Assembly: GCF_000019345.1 (NCBI RefSeq)
Contig: NC_010503.1
Location: 570,001 to 602,000, forward strand
Source of the DNA: Ureaplasma parvum serovar 3 str. ATCC 27815
Lineage (GTDB): Bacteria; Bacillota_I; Bacilli_A; Mycoplasmatales; Mycoplasmoidaceae
Length of the DNA stretch: 32,000 nucleotides
Direction of reading: 5' to 3'
The translations under genes were made by a program, and so were the position numbers. This document shows, in pieces, positions 10,136-20,533 of this stretch. Position 1 is the stretch's first letter; each line of letters begins with the position of its first letter. The notes below the pieces were generated by a model that saw nothing but the letters and a program-made list of their open reading frames with translations, ran no database searches and was not told where the DNA came from.

Positions 10136-11440
10136 TTAATTTTCATCAATAATATCATTTTCATCGATTTTAATATTAACAGCAACTAAAGTATGATCTG
10201 AGATAATAGAAGTAGCTTTTTTAATGTATACATCATTTGATTTTGCTATTTCATCCCAATTATCAACAATATTTTGCATTTGTTGATTACTTAAAGAACG
10301 AAAATAGGTTTTTAAAAAAGCTAATTTTCAGTTTTTATCTAATAATGTATTTGTTAAAGAAACTGATCATAAATCATACTTATAAGTATTTAAAACTTTA
10401 ATTGATGGTGAAGTAAAAATTTTGTCATAGTGTTGTGCGTATTTTAAATAAGTTTTTGCTAATGTAGTTTTGTTATTTTCATTATCATCCTTAAAATTGG
10501 ATAAATAATTACGTTTATAAAGTGAAGCAAAGGCTCCTAATTCGTTTTTTGTTTTAATATTAGTATCACCAACAAAAATTAAATCATCATTATTTCCATC
10601 TAATCTATCAATATAGTCCATCACATTTCCTAATTGATATGCCTCATTTAATTCCTTTGAGCCTTGTTTAATATTAATTTTTAAATTTTTATTACCATAA
10701 GTATGATCATGTTTGCTAGTTTTATGTTCGTTTGCTCCTGGTGAATCTAAATGACTAGCGACAATTGTAAAATTAAATTTGTTATCTAAAGTTTGAAATT
10801 CATAGGCATAAGGCGGACGTGAATAAGTAATTTTAGTATTATCATTCCAGTTCTTAAAATATTGTTCAAACAAAATATCTTTATTATCATTGTTTTTGTA
10901 AATATATTCTTGAACTGGTTTTATTATATTAGCTTTATAAAAGAAGCCAATTCGTTCAGTTTGTGATTCATTGCCTTTTGAAAATAAGTTTTTTGATAGC
11001 ACATAATTTCAATTAGCTGTTTGATCAAATTGATTTTTGTGTAAATTTAATTCTTTTAAGATGGCACGCATTGGTAAATCATCGTGTTCATTATTTTTTG
11101 CACTATTAATTTCTGTTAAAGCAATTACATCAACATTACTTTTTAGAATCACCTTTGCTAAAGCTTCATTTTTTAACTGGTTTATTCCACCTTGATTTAA
11201 AACATTTCAATGACCTACACAAATTGTTTTTTGGTTTAAAAATGATCTTGTTGAGTTAGGTTGTTCTTTTAAAGAATTATTATTATTTTGAATTATATAA
11301 CTATCATTATTTACACTTGTATCATTCTTTTTTTTATTTTTTAAATAAAAAACAACGCCAATAACTGCACTTGCTATTAAAATGATTAACAACGTTAACG
11401 AAATAGTAATTACTCATTTCCGGCTTTTATTATTCTTCAT
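10136..11440 (-). CDS. Membrane-anchored endonuclease/exonuclease/phosphatase (EEP) family nuclease, MnuA-like, 434 aa
   Basis: Pieces 11207..11392 and 10367..11002 are in the same frame and joined across TGA. The ATG at 11440 has AAGGA upstream, and the stop is TAA at 10138-10136. The N-terminus MKNNKSRKWVITISLTLLIILIASAVIGVVFY is a TM anchor with no lipobox Cys. EEP motifs appear in the correct order: GHWNVLN, DVIALTEI, ASHLDSPG, FVGDTN, YDKIF and SDHTLVAV near the C-terminus. Confidence 0.8.
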
Positions 11441-11591
11441 AAATTTCCTTAATTTTGTTCATAGTTATTAAATTTTAAACAATAATTTAATCCTTTTTTA
11501 ATCTTTTAAACAAGGCAAAGCAAATGAATAATATAGAATTCATTTATTTATTTATTTATAAAAAATAAGTTTTTTTAAAAAAATTTTATCG

Positions 11592-14333
11592 TTAAGAATT
11601 AATTTTGTTTGGTAGTTTAATAGTTAAATTTTGATCATCTTTAGAAAAAGGACTAATATCATTTGTTGTTAAATCATTATAAATGATTGTTACTTTATTA
11701 AGTACTAAATCATCATAATACCAATCAAATGACTCATGATCATTTTGATCTTTATAGTCAATATTTGCATAATTTATTACATATGTTAAAGTTTTAGTTG
11801 CTTTATCTAAAACAAAATCTTTGTCCTTGTTTGAATTAATTGCTTCAGGATTGCTAAACGTTCTAGATAATGAAAATGTTCAATTAGCATTTTTATTATT
11901 TTTAGGCTTTAAAGACGAAATAATGGCAAACAGTTTATGATCCGCATTTTTGTTATATCATCAATTATTAGAAAACTGCAATGATATTTTTGTTTTTTTG
12001 GTTACTGAATCATAACTAGCAACAATTTTTTCTACCTTAGAAGCTGAAGCGTTAGTTTGAACCATTGTTATAGAAGTATTAATAATCACTGGTTTAGCAT
12101 TTATCATTAACGAACTAATTTGATAAGTGCTCTCAGGTTCTAAACCTCCATAAATATTTTCATCATTATCTAAATCATAAATTAATTCAATTACATTTGA
12201 ATTATTAACTTTTGAAGATAAAACAGTTTGGGGACTAAGTGTAAATTTTCGGTTAATAATATTAGTATCAAGATTATAAAAATTTAAAGCATAATCTGAT
12301 GGATTTAAGCTTTGATGTAAACTTAAACTATCTAATTTCATTTTAATTTTTAATATATTATGGATTTTGTCATATTCTCAAGTATCAAGAGATGCTGTAA
12401 TAGGAATCTCAAAAATAGCTTCATGATTGTGTTTTGATAATAACTCAATCACAGACTGATCATCGTTTATTAAACTAATACTTTTAATTACATATTGATG
12501 TTGTTTTAAATAATTTGGAAATGTGTTTTGGTTAATTTTTAATTTAAATCCTGCTTGTTGGAAACTAAATTCATTATTTAAACGATTAAAAATAATTTGC
12601 TTACCGTCTTTTAAAGTCAATTTAATTTTATTAATTTTTGTAAGATTAAGTTGTTTAAAATGTTTGATATTAAGATGTAATTCAGGATCATTCTTAGCAT
12701 TAAATTTAATTACATTTGATTGGTATTCAGCAAATTTTAACGTAAATTGTTTATTTTGTAAATCATCAATTTCAATTGGTATTTCATTGATTGATGCTTC
12801 ATTATTAACCACAGTTAATTTAGTAATTATATAATTAGAATCATTTTCAAGAATTTGACCTATCGATTTAGCATTCAAAGTTTTATTTAGATTTAATAGA
12901 AAATACTTATTTTTTACATCATAAAAAGAACCTGTTGTTATTTTGTTTTCTAAAATATCAAAACTAAAGGTCTTTATATCTTCTTGCTGATCTGTATTTA
13001 TTTTTTTAATTGTTAATAAAACTTTTTTAGTATTTTGCACTATTGGCGAATCACTATCTAATTGAAATTTCATAAGCATATTTTGTGGATCAGTATCATC
13101 AAATGTAAATTTAATGATTTTAGAAAGATGTTTATTAGTTAAATCAAGCTGTTTTTCTCTAATACTTAATGGCAAAGTTTGCTTATCATTCATTATTGTT
13201 AATGATTTAATTTTAAAAAAAGGAGTTTTTAAAATAAGAGTTTGTAATTCTAAATTATTGACTAAATCAAAAACAATATTGTTTTTATCGTGATTAAACT
13301 TTAATGATTTTAAAATAATAGTTTTATTATTTTTAGTTGATATAAGTTCAATATCTGCACTTAACATATTATCTTTAAAATTATATGGGTTAATAAAATG
13401 ATCATATGAAAGTTGTAATTGTTGTGGAATTCCATCATTTTTAATCACTTTAGTATCTAAAACATTTATTTTTGTTCATTTTGAAAAAACAGATGGAATT
13501 AATAAATAAGTTGGTCTTTGATTATTAATACTTCCATCTAACTGTAACCCACTTGGTTTATAAACGCTTTGGTTAATTTCAAGTTTTTTTTGGTCTAAAA
13601 CTAATTTAGAAATAAAATATTCGCCATCATCTAATTGGTTATTTGCATCAGCATTTAAATTAGCAGTAATAGTTAATACTGGTTTTTTATTTTGTTGTGT
13701 TAAGTGATTAAATTGATATTTTAGAAAATGCAATTTAAAGGTTTTATTTGTTTTTTTATTTGTTAATTCAATTTCAATATTTTTATCTTTAATATCATTA
13801 AGATTTAAATTTAAAAGCTTAATTTCGAATTCAACTTCTGTTTTTTTAATGTTAGTAAATCGGGCACTCTGGTCAACAACTTTAATTAAATGATCTTCTT
13901 TATTAAAATTAAAATTAATGGATCTAGTCAACATTTTATTAGTTTGAATCACTTGAACGCCAACAAATTCTTGACTTGAATTTATAATAATTTTTTCATT
14001 GGGTTTAGGACGTTGGGGTAAGCGAATATAAATACGATTATTTATAATAATTGGTTTTATATCAACATAAAAAGCAATTTTTTGGTTTGAACTATTAATA
14101 ATACTTGTTGAAAAAATAACTTTTGGCATTTTTTGCATATCTTCATTTGTTAATTTATTAAATTCATAAGCAATATAATAATCGTCATTTTCTGTTTTTA
14201 AAAAATAATCTAAAACTTTTAATTTATATCTGGTTTCACTAAAACTACATGCAGAAATGGTGCTGATAATAGGTATTGATATTAATGAAGCAATAAGTAA
14301 GTTTCAGTATTTATTTTTATTTTTTAATCTCAT
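11592..14333 (-). CDS. Large modular surface lipoprotein, 913 aa (paralog of 3085..6396)
   Basis: Pieces 13476..14138, 12378..13448 and 11961..12341 are in the same frame. All gaps were checked and hold only TGA codons. The ATG is at 14333 and the stop is TAA at 11594-11592. The signal peptide MRLKNKNKYWNLLIASLISIPIISTISA-C has lipobox ISAC. The N-terminal domain is colinear with gene 3085..6396: DDYYIAYEFNKL vs DHYYVVYEVNEL, and KPIIINNRIYIRLPQRPKPNE vs HPLIINNKIYLRLARKPKIND. Module ends include GEYFISKLVLDQKKLEI, SNYIITKLTVVNNE, HQYVIKSISLINDDQSV and STYQISSLMINAKPVII. Confidence 0.85.
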
Positions 14334-14486
14334 AGTTTATTCAATCCACTAAACAAATAAATATTTATATTTTATACCGGTTGTAATTAAGTTAAATTTA
14401 AATAAAAATTAATGCTATTTTTAGTTAAATTAAAAAATAATTTTTGGAACATTATATTGTGTAAATTTCCTATATTATTATAATAT

Positions 14487-14524
14487 AAAAAAATACTTTA
14501 AGAACATTGGGAGGTTCTTAAAGT
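14487..14524 (-). terminator. Intrinsic terminator after apt (end of the secDF-like/apt unit)
   Basis: A perfect 11-bp stem ACTTTAAGAAC / GTTCTTAAAGT (14495..14505 with 14514..14524) has an 8-nt loop. On the minus strand it is followed by A + T7 (14494..14487). It lies 23 nt after the apt stop. Confidence 0.7.
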
Positions 14525-14546
14525 AAGAATTTAATTTTTATAAAAA

Positions 14547-15068
14547 TTAATAATTAATTAAAGCATGAACTTTTCCACTTAGTTTTTCTTCACCTTTTAG
14601 AAATCCTAAACGAATTAAATAAACACTCCCTGCTACAATTCCTTTAGCTTGACGAACAAGATTTTCAATCGCAGCAACAGTCCCTCCTGTTGCTAATAAA
14701 TCATCAACAATTAAAACGCGTTGGTTTGGTTTTAGTGCATCTTTGTGCATCTCCACACGAGAACTACCATATTCTAATGTGTACTCAGCACTATAAACAT
14801 CATTTGGTAACTTATTTGGTTTACGTACCAAAATAAATGGCTTATTTAATTTGATTGATAATGGTGCTGCAAACAAAAAACCACGCGACTCCGCACCTAT
14901 TATAGCATCTATATTTAATGATTTAGCAAAGTCAGCAAAATCATCAACAATCTTTTCAATAATTTTTGGTTCTAAAAATAAAGGAGTAATATCCTTAAAA
15001 ACGATTCCTTTTTTAGGGAAGTCTGGTACATCCCTGATTTTTGATTTAATGTAATCAATATTGATCAT
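14547..15068 (-). CDS. apt: Adenine phosphoribosyltransferase
   Basis: This is an intact 173-aa ORF. It carries IRDVPDFPKKGIVFKDITPL, AESRGFLFAAPLS and the PRPP-binding loop VLIVDDLLATGGT. Confidence 0.95.
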   Translation of the reverse strand: MINIDYIKSKIRDVPDFPKKGIVFKDITPLFLEPKIIEKIVDDFADFAKSLNIDAIIGAESRGFLFAAPLSIKLNKPFILVRKPNKLPNDVYSAEYTLEYGSSRVEMHKDALKPNQRVLIVDDLLATGGTVAAIENLVRQAKGIVAGSVYLIRLGFLKGEEKLSGKVHALINY

Positions 15069-15088
15069 AATCGTTATAAATCTTTCTT

Positions 15089-18000
15089 TTAAAATTTATT
15101 TATATTCATAATTTCTTGTTCATCAAATTTATCATAAACATTATCTGCATTATCATCCTTAGCTAATAAACCTTTACTAATATAAACCATTTTCATTCAT
15201 AAATAATGAATAATTATGATTGATAAATAATGAGTAGATATTAAACTAAATAAAATAATTGCATTAAAACTAATTAAAACAAATGGTGTAAAAATCATTA
15301 ATCACAATAATGCAAATAATATCACAATGTATATTATATTATAAGTATTAAAGTATTTAATTAAAGAATCTTGAATTTGAAATTGTAATTGTTTTTTTGT
15401 TACATGCTTCATTAAATCCAAAGTTCGTTTTAAATTTAAACAAATATGTAAACTAAAACTAGTCATTAAAACAAAACTCGTGTTAATTGCAATAATTGAT
15501 ATTTGATTATTAAATAAACGTAATAATCCAGCAATACCAAAGCTAATTAACGATGTACAAATGAGATTAATTATTATGGGGATTATTGATTGGGGTTTTA
15601 GTCAAATGCTTGATCAAATTAAAATAATAGCAAAGATAATAAAATACGCAGCAATTGAATTTGTAATATTATTAATTAAATGATATTGACTACTTCTATA
15701 AACAATTGCATCACTAAACCGGTGATTTAAACTGATCAAATCTATTTCACTTAAAACATTTGGTTTTTTAGCATCAAATTGCATTGATACTACTCCATCA
15801 TTAATCTTATAATCTAAAATAGTTTTGAACTCGTGAGAATTAAAGTCTTTTAAATCACTTTTCATAATTAACTCATATACAGAACCAAAACTAAAACTAT
15901 GGTTTGGAACAATAAAACCTAAAATAAATAAGCCAATAAAAGCTAAAATAAAGATAAAAATTAAAAAACTAATTCTATAAACCTTTTGATTCATGATTTT
16001 AAAAATCAATCGTTGGTATTTTTGTTGATCGTTTCATTCAAATTTATCATCAAAACGATTTTGGTTAATTGCATTAGTTGCAACTAAATATTTTCTTCAT
16101 AGATGTAGTTTTGGAAGATGATGAGCAAGTGATCACAACATATACATCATTACAATAAATAATATATAAGATATTAACAAACAAGAAAAAGTTATTAAAA
16201 TCAAATTAAAACCAAAAATACTAATGTTATTTTTACCAAAATACATAAAAACTAAACTGATAAAAATCATTAATAAATAAAACATTCCTTGATTAACAAT
16301 CGTTTTATTTAAACTAATTCTTAAAGCGTTTTTATAAGAAAATTTTTGTTGAATTAAATGTTTTATATGGTTATTGAAATCAACTAAATTTAATAATGGC
16401 CAACAAATACCAATAATTAATGCACTATAAGTTTCTGTACTAAATCCTAAATTACTTGATTTTATTAATAATAAACTAATAACAAAACTAAAAGCCATTA
16501 ACAAACTATAAATTAAACCTGGAATTTTATATAAAAGACTAATAATAATAGCGATGATTAAGATTAAAACTGCAATTCCAATCAAAATCGCATCCATAGG
16601 ATTAATTGTTTTAATTACTGCACGTTTTAAATTAGATGGTTTTGTACTAAAATTATTTAATAAGTCATAAAAAGTTTTAGCGTAATCCTTTTTAATATTA
16701 TTTTCACTAAAAACTGATTGTGCAAAATAAGTTGGTAAATAGTATTGTTTTAGATTATGAGCTGTATTAATAAAAGATTGAGTTGTATTATCTTTATTTA
16801 AAACTAGCTTGTCAGAGGTATATTTAACAATGCTTTGTTGGGCAGGAGTTAATTTATCATCTTTTTTTGGTGCTAGAAAGTAGTTAAAAAAATTATTATA
16901 ATCAATTGCGTAAACAAAACCTCTTACTAAAGATAACTTATTAATGTTTCATGAATAAAACATTTCATTATCTTTAAAATTTTGTGTTTCATCTTGATTA
17001 TTTGCATTTTTAATTTTTACTTTATGTGATGAAGATTGATAAAAAGCGCGAATTATATTCAATAATTGATCTGTTTGAACATTGATTGGTTCAATAATAG
17101 AGTTTGTATTAATAAAATATTTATCAAAATCTTGTTTTGCTAATCAATCAACAAAAGCTTTTTCCTCGCTGTTTGTATTTAAATTTTTATAAACAGTATC
17201 AACATAATCTCAACTTTTAGGATCAACATATTTTTGTTTTTGAGCATGCGCTAATGTCAATAACATATTAAATCTTGCAATTAATCCATCACGATTAACT
17301 CATAACAATCAAGAATTAACTGGAGCTTTTCGTTTTTGTTTTGTTCTATCAAAAGTCGCTACAGCTTGAGCTCTTGTTTTATTACCCATTGGATTGAAAT
17401 TAAAATTAGCATCAAACTCTTTAGCAAAAAAATCTAAATTAAATTTTTGATGATCAAAACTAGTTTTTGGCAATAAAATTTCAACTTGCTGACCATTATT
17501 AGTTGTTTTAACACTAATTTTTTTAGGATCATTATTTAAAGTTAATCAATTTGTATTATCAAAATCCCTGTTTTGTGAAAGTTCAGGTTTTGGTGAAAAA
17601 AGTGAAGAAATGTTTTGTAATTCTAAACGGTTAGCGGTAGTAAATAAGCTTAAAAGTTGGATTTTTGAATTAATTTTTTCGTATGGCTTTGTTTTAGTTA
17701 GAAAATTAACGATATCTAATTTTGAATTTGTAGGATAAAATTGATAAACAATTTCCCCAAATTTTTCATGTTTTTTTGTATTTTTATTAATACGTTCATA
17801 AATAGCATATTTAGCACTAACATTATTTACACCCAATGCTTGTAAGTGTTTTTGACTTAGATTCGCTGTGGTTTTTAATAAATTTAACTGCTCTGCTTCT
17901 GTTTGAAAATCATTCAATAAAACTTGTGTTCTTGCTGATATTTTATCACCAAAATCACCAGTTTTTATATTCTTATTAGCATAATTAGCAGCCCCAATAC

Positions 18001-18100
18001 CAGTGCCTACAATTGCTGCAATTGTTAATGTACTAATTCCAAAAAATGCTAAAACTTTTTTTCATTTCTGTTTGAATTTTATTTTTGTTTTAAATGACAT
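15089..18100 (-). CDS. secDF: SecDF-like polytopic membrane protein (degenerate), 1003 aa
   Basis: Pieces 17546..17917, 16133..16597 and 15614..16009 are in the same frame. All gaps were hand checked and are free of TAA/TAG. The ATG is at 18100 and the stop is TAA at 15091-15089, 20 nt before the apt start. The architecture is an N-terminal TM helix, a ~480 aa extracytoplasmic domain, a TM bundle, a second loop (~90 aa) and a second TM bundle. The first bundle aligns by eye with the SecD core (YKIPG.., ALIIGICWPLLNLVDFNNHIKHL.., SIFGFNLILITF), but canonical residues such as GLDL.GG and the D.N of MAVDANV are not conserved. secDF upstream of apt is also the Bacillus arrangement. Confidence 0.6.
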
Positions 18101-18368
18101 TGTAAAACCAACTAACCTTGAATCATATTTTTAGAAATACTATAAACTCATAAAAACATTCATATTAACTAATTAATAATTATATATTAATTGTCATGAT
18201 ATCACTTATTAAATTCCTAATTATTTTTAAACTTGTACAAAAATTGTGTTTTTAACCTTAATATTTTTTATTTGCACTAATTTATTATTAAAAGAACCTT
18301 TATAAATTAATAACTAAAAACGTTTTAGATTATTTTAGAAAATAAATAATGGAGTAATATGTTAAGGT

Positions 18369-18374
18369 TATAAT
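18369..18374 (+). promoter_or_regulatory. Candidate -10 box (TATAAT) for the ybeY-era-recO-glyQS-dnaG unit
   Basis: A perfect TATAAT lies 47 nt upstream of the ybeY ATG, inside the 321-nt divergent intergenic region. A GGA Shine-Dalgarno remnant lies 4 nt before the ATG. This is a sequence pattern only. Confidence 0.3.
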
Positions 18375-18421
18375 TATTTATAATTTAATTATATTAGAAA
18401 AAACAATTTAATAAGGATGTT

Positions 18422-18889
18422 ATGCATTTTTTAATAACGAATGAAGTTAAAAAAATCTTTAATGATAAATTATATTCACAGCGTTTTAAACAAATAACCG
18501 ATTTGGTCTCCACAAAATTAAATATTGATAAAAAGCGATTTTTTGAATGTCATTTTGTTGATGAAAAAACGATACAAGAAATTAATAAAAACTATCGTAA
18601 TAAAGACTATATTACAGATGTTATTAGTTTTGCATTTGATGATGGCGAAATTATTACTCCTTTATTGGGAGAAATGTACATTTGCTATCAAAAGGTTGTT
18701 GATCAAGCAAGTCAATTTGCTCATTCATTCGAACGTGAACTATGCTTTTTATTTACACATGGTTTACTTCATTTATTAGGTTATGATCATATAAAAATTG
18801 AAGATGAAAAAATTATGTTTGCTTTACAAGATGAAATTTTAAATGAATTAAAAATTACAAGAAATATAAATGGTGCTAGAAATGATTAA
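18422..18889 (+). CDS. ybeY: Endoribonuclease YbeY (rRNA maturation factor)
   Basis: This 155-aa ORF carries the metal-binding signature HGLLHLLGYDH and the upstream DVISFAF block. Confidence 0.9.
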   Translation: MHFLITNEVKKIFNDKLYSQRFKQITDLVSTKLNIDKKRFFECHFVDEKTIQEINKNYRNKDYITDVISFAFDDGEIITPLLGEMYICYQKVVDQASQFAHSFERELCFLFTHGLLHLLGYDHIKIEDEKIMFALQDEILNELKITRNINGARND

Positions 18890-19784
18890 AAAATACGGAA
18901 TCGTAGCTATTGTTGGAAAACCAAATGTTGGTAAATCAACATTAATCAATGCGATTATGAAAAAAAAAGTCTCAATCATTTCAAATAAGCCGCAAACAAC
19001 ACGCAATGCTGTTAAAGAGATTTATGAAGATGATGAATCAGCAATTATTTTTACTGATACGCCTGGTTTTCATGAACCATCAAATAAACTAGATTTATTT
19101 TTAAATCATGAAATTGAAATTTCATATAAAGAAGCAAATGTAATCTTATTCGTGACAACTATGGACAAGGAATTAGATGCCAATGATTTTGAAATTATTA
19201 ATTTAATTAAAGAAGCAAATAAAGAAAATATTATTTTAGTCATTTCAAAAGCTGAAATGGCTAAAAATCAAGATCAAATTGATGAAAGAATCCACTTTTT
19301 AAAAAAACATATAGCATTTAAGGATGTTGTTCAAATAAGTGCTTTACATGTTATTAACATTGATAAATTAATTAATACAATCAAAAATTACCTTCACAAA
19401 GATGTGGTAACCGATTATTTTCGTCAAAAAGCCGAAAAAGAAGATAAATTTGTTATTACTGAAATTATTCGTGAACAATGCTTATTAAATTTAAACCATG
19501 AAGTTCCTCACGGTGTTGGTGTAGAAATTGATGAAAGTAAATACAACCAAGAAGCAAATCATTGGATAATTAAAGCTTCAATAATAATTGAAAAAAATTC
19601 TCATAAACCTATTATTATTGGCCAAAATGGTACGATGATTAAAAAAATTAGCATGGGGGCAAGAAAGCAGTTGCATGAAATTTATGATTGTCATATTTCA
19701 TTAACAATTTTTGTTAAAGTTGAAAACAATTGACGTGATAATAATAATATTATTAAATCATTAGGGTATAAAATTAAAAAATAA
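18882..19784 (+). CDS. era: GTPase Era
   Basis: The protein begins MIKKYGIVAIVGKPNVGKSTL (G1), followed by DTPG (G3) and a C-terminal KH region (IIIGQNGTMIKKI). The ORF-track end at 19733 is a TGA. Reading through gives WRDNNNIIKSLGYKIKK and a TAA at 19782-19784. An alternative start is the ATG at 18870. The chosen start overlaps ybeY by 8 nt (ATGATTAA). Confidence 0.92.
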
Positions 19785-20500
19785 TGGCTGAAATAATAAC
19801 TAGAGGATATTTAGTTGCGCGCCAGGATTATGATGTTTTTGATGAAATATTAACATTTATTAATGAATATGGTAATCGTTTTATTATGTTTGCACCTGGA
19901 ACAAAAAGAATTACTTCTAAGAACGCAAGAGCTTTGTTTTTTGGTAATTTTTTAGAAATACAATTTTTTTATGCAAGAAATGATACAAAACTTTCAAAAT
20001 TAAAAAAAGTTATTTCTCTAGATCAAATTGATTATAAGTACGAAAATACATATTCAATGCTAATATTAAGCGAATTAATGACTAAAGTTGTTAATTTTAA
20101 TGTTGAATTCTACCAATTCTATCAGCTAATACTAGAATATATCATTTTAGAATATAATGATTATTATATAAGCTGTTTTTTATTGGTAAAATTTTTAATA
20201 ATGAATGGAGTTAATTTTAATTTTCAAGCATGTGTTCATTGTAATAGCTCAAAAAATATTAAAACTTTTTCTTTGGCTGATCATGGTCTTATATGTATTA
20301 ACTGTGAATCTAAAATTATTAATAAAATAGATTATGAACCAAAGGCGTTACAATTATGGCAGAAACTTTATTTTGCAACACAGATAAAAAAAGACGAGGA
20401 TAAAGATAATGAAATTATATATAAGGGGTTATTAAAAATATTAAATTCTGTTCTTTATGATCAATTAGGAATTTATTTAACGATAATAAAAAATATTTAA
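19784..20500 (+). CDS. recO: DNA repair protein RecO
   Basis: The product is 238 aa and sits immediately after era (1-nt overlap, TAATG). It has a zinc-finger pair, CVHC...(17)...CINC. Its size and position match the conserved era-recO pairing. Confidence 0.8.
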   Translation: MAEIITRGYLVARQDYDVFDEILTFINEYGNRFIMFAPGTKRITSKNARALFFGNFLEIQFFYARNDTKLSKLKKVISLDQIDYKYENTYSMLILSELMTKVVNFNVEFYQFYQLILEYIILEYNDYYISCFLLVKFLIMNGVNFNFQACVHCNSSKNIKTFSLADHGLICINCESKIINKIDYEPKALQLWQKLYFATQIKKDEDKDNEIIYKGLLKILNSVLYDQLGIYLTIIKNI

Positions 20501-20533
20501 ATAAAAAAGGATTTTAAAAAATAGGCAATAATT

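Noticed and set aside
11441-11591. Possible terminator hairpins in the spacers between the lipoprotein, nuclease and lipoprotein genes (for example AAATGAAT..ATTCATTT around 11523..11546)
   Set aside because: The stems are AT-only, 8 bp or shorter, and are not followed by a U tract on the transcribed strand. That is too weak to call.
12523-12834. Other ORF-track entries that fall on the opposite strand or in another frame: 4815..5003(-), 12523..12834(+), 14851..15054(+), 18525..18779(+), 20641..20844(-), 23580..23840(-), 23937..24137(-)
   Set aside because: Each lies entirely inside a much longer, motif-supported gene, either on the other strand or in another frame. All have hydrophobic or low-complexity composition typical of shadow frames.
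20501-20533. Expected T-box leader upstream of glyQS, as in Bacillus
   Set aside because: The recO-glyQS spacer is only 33 nt. There is no room for a Stem I, specifier or antiterminator structure.
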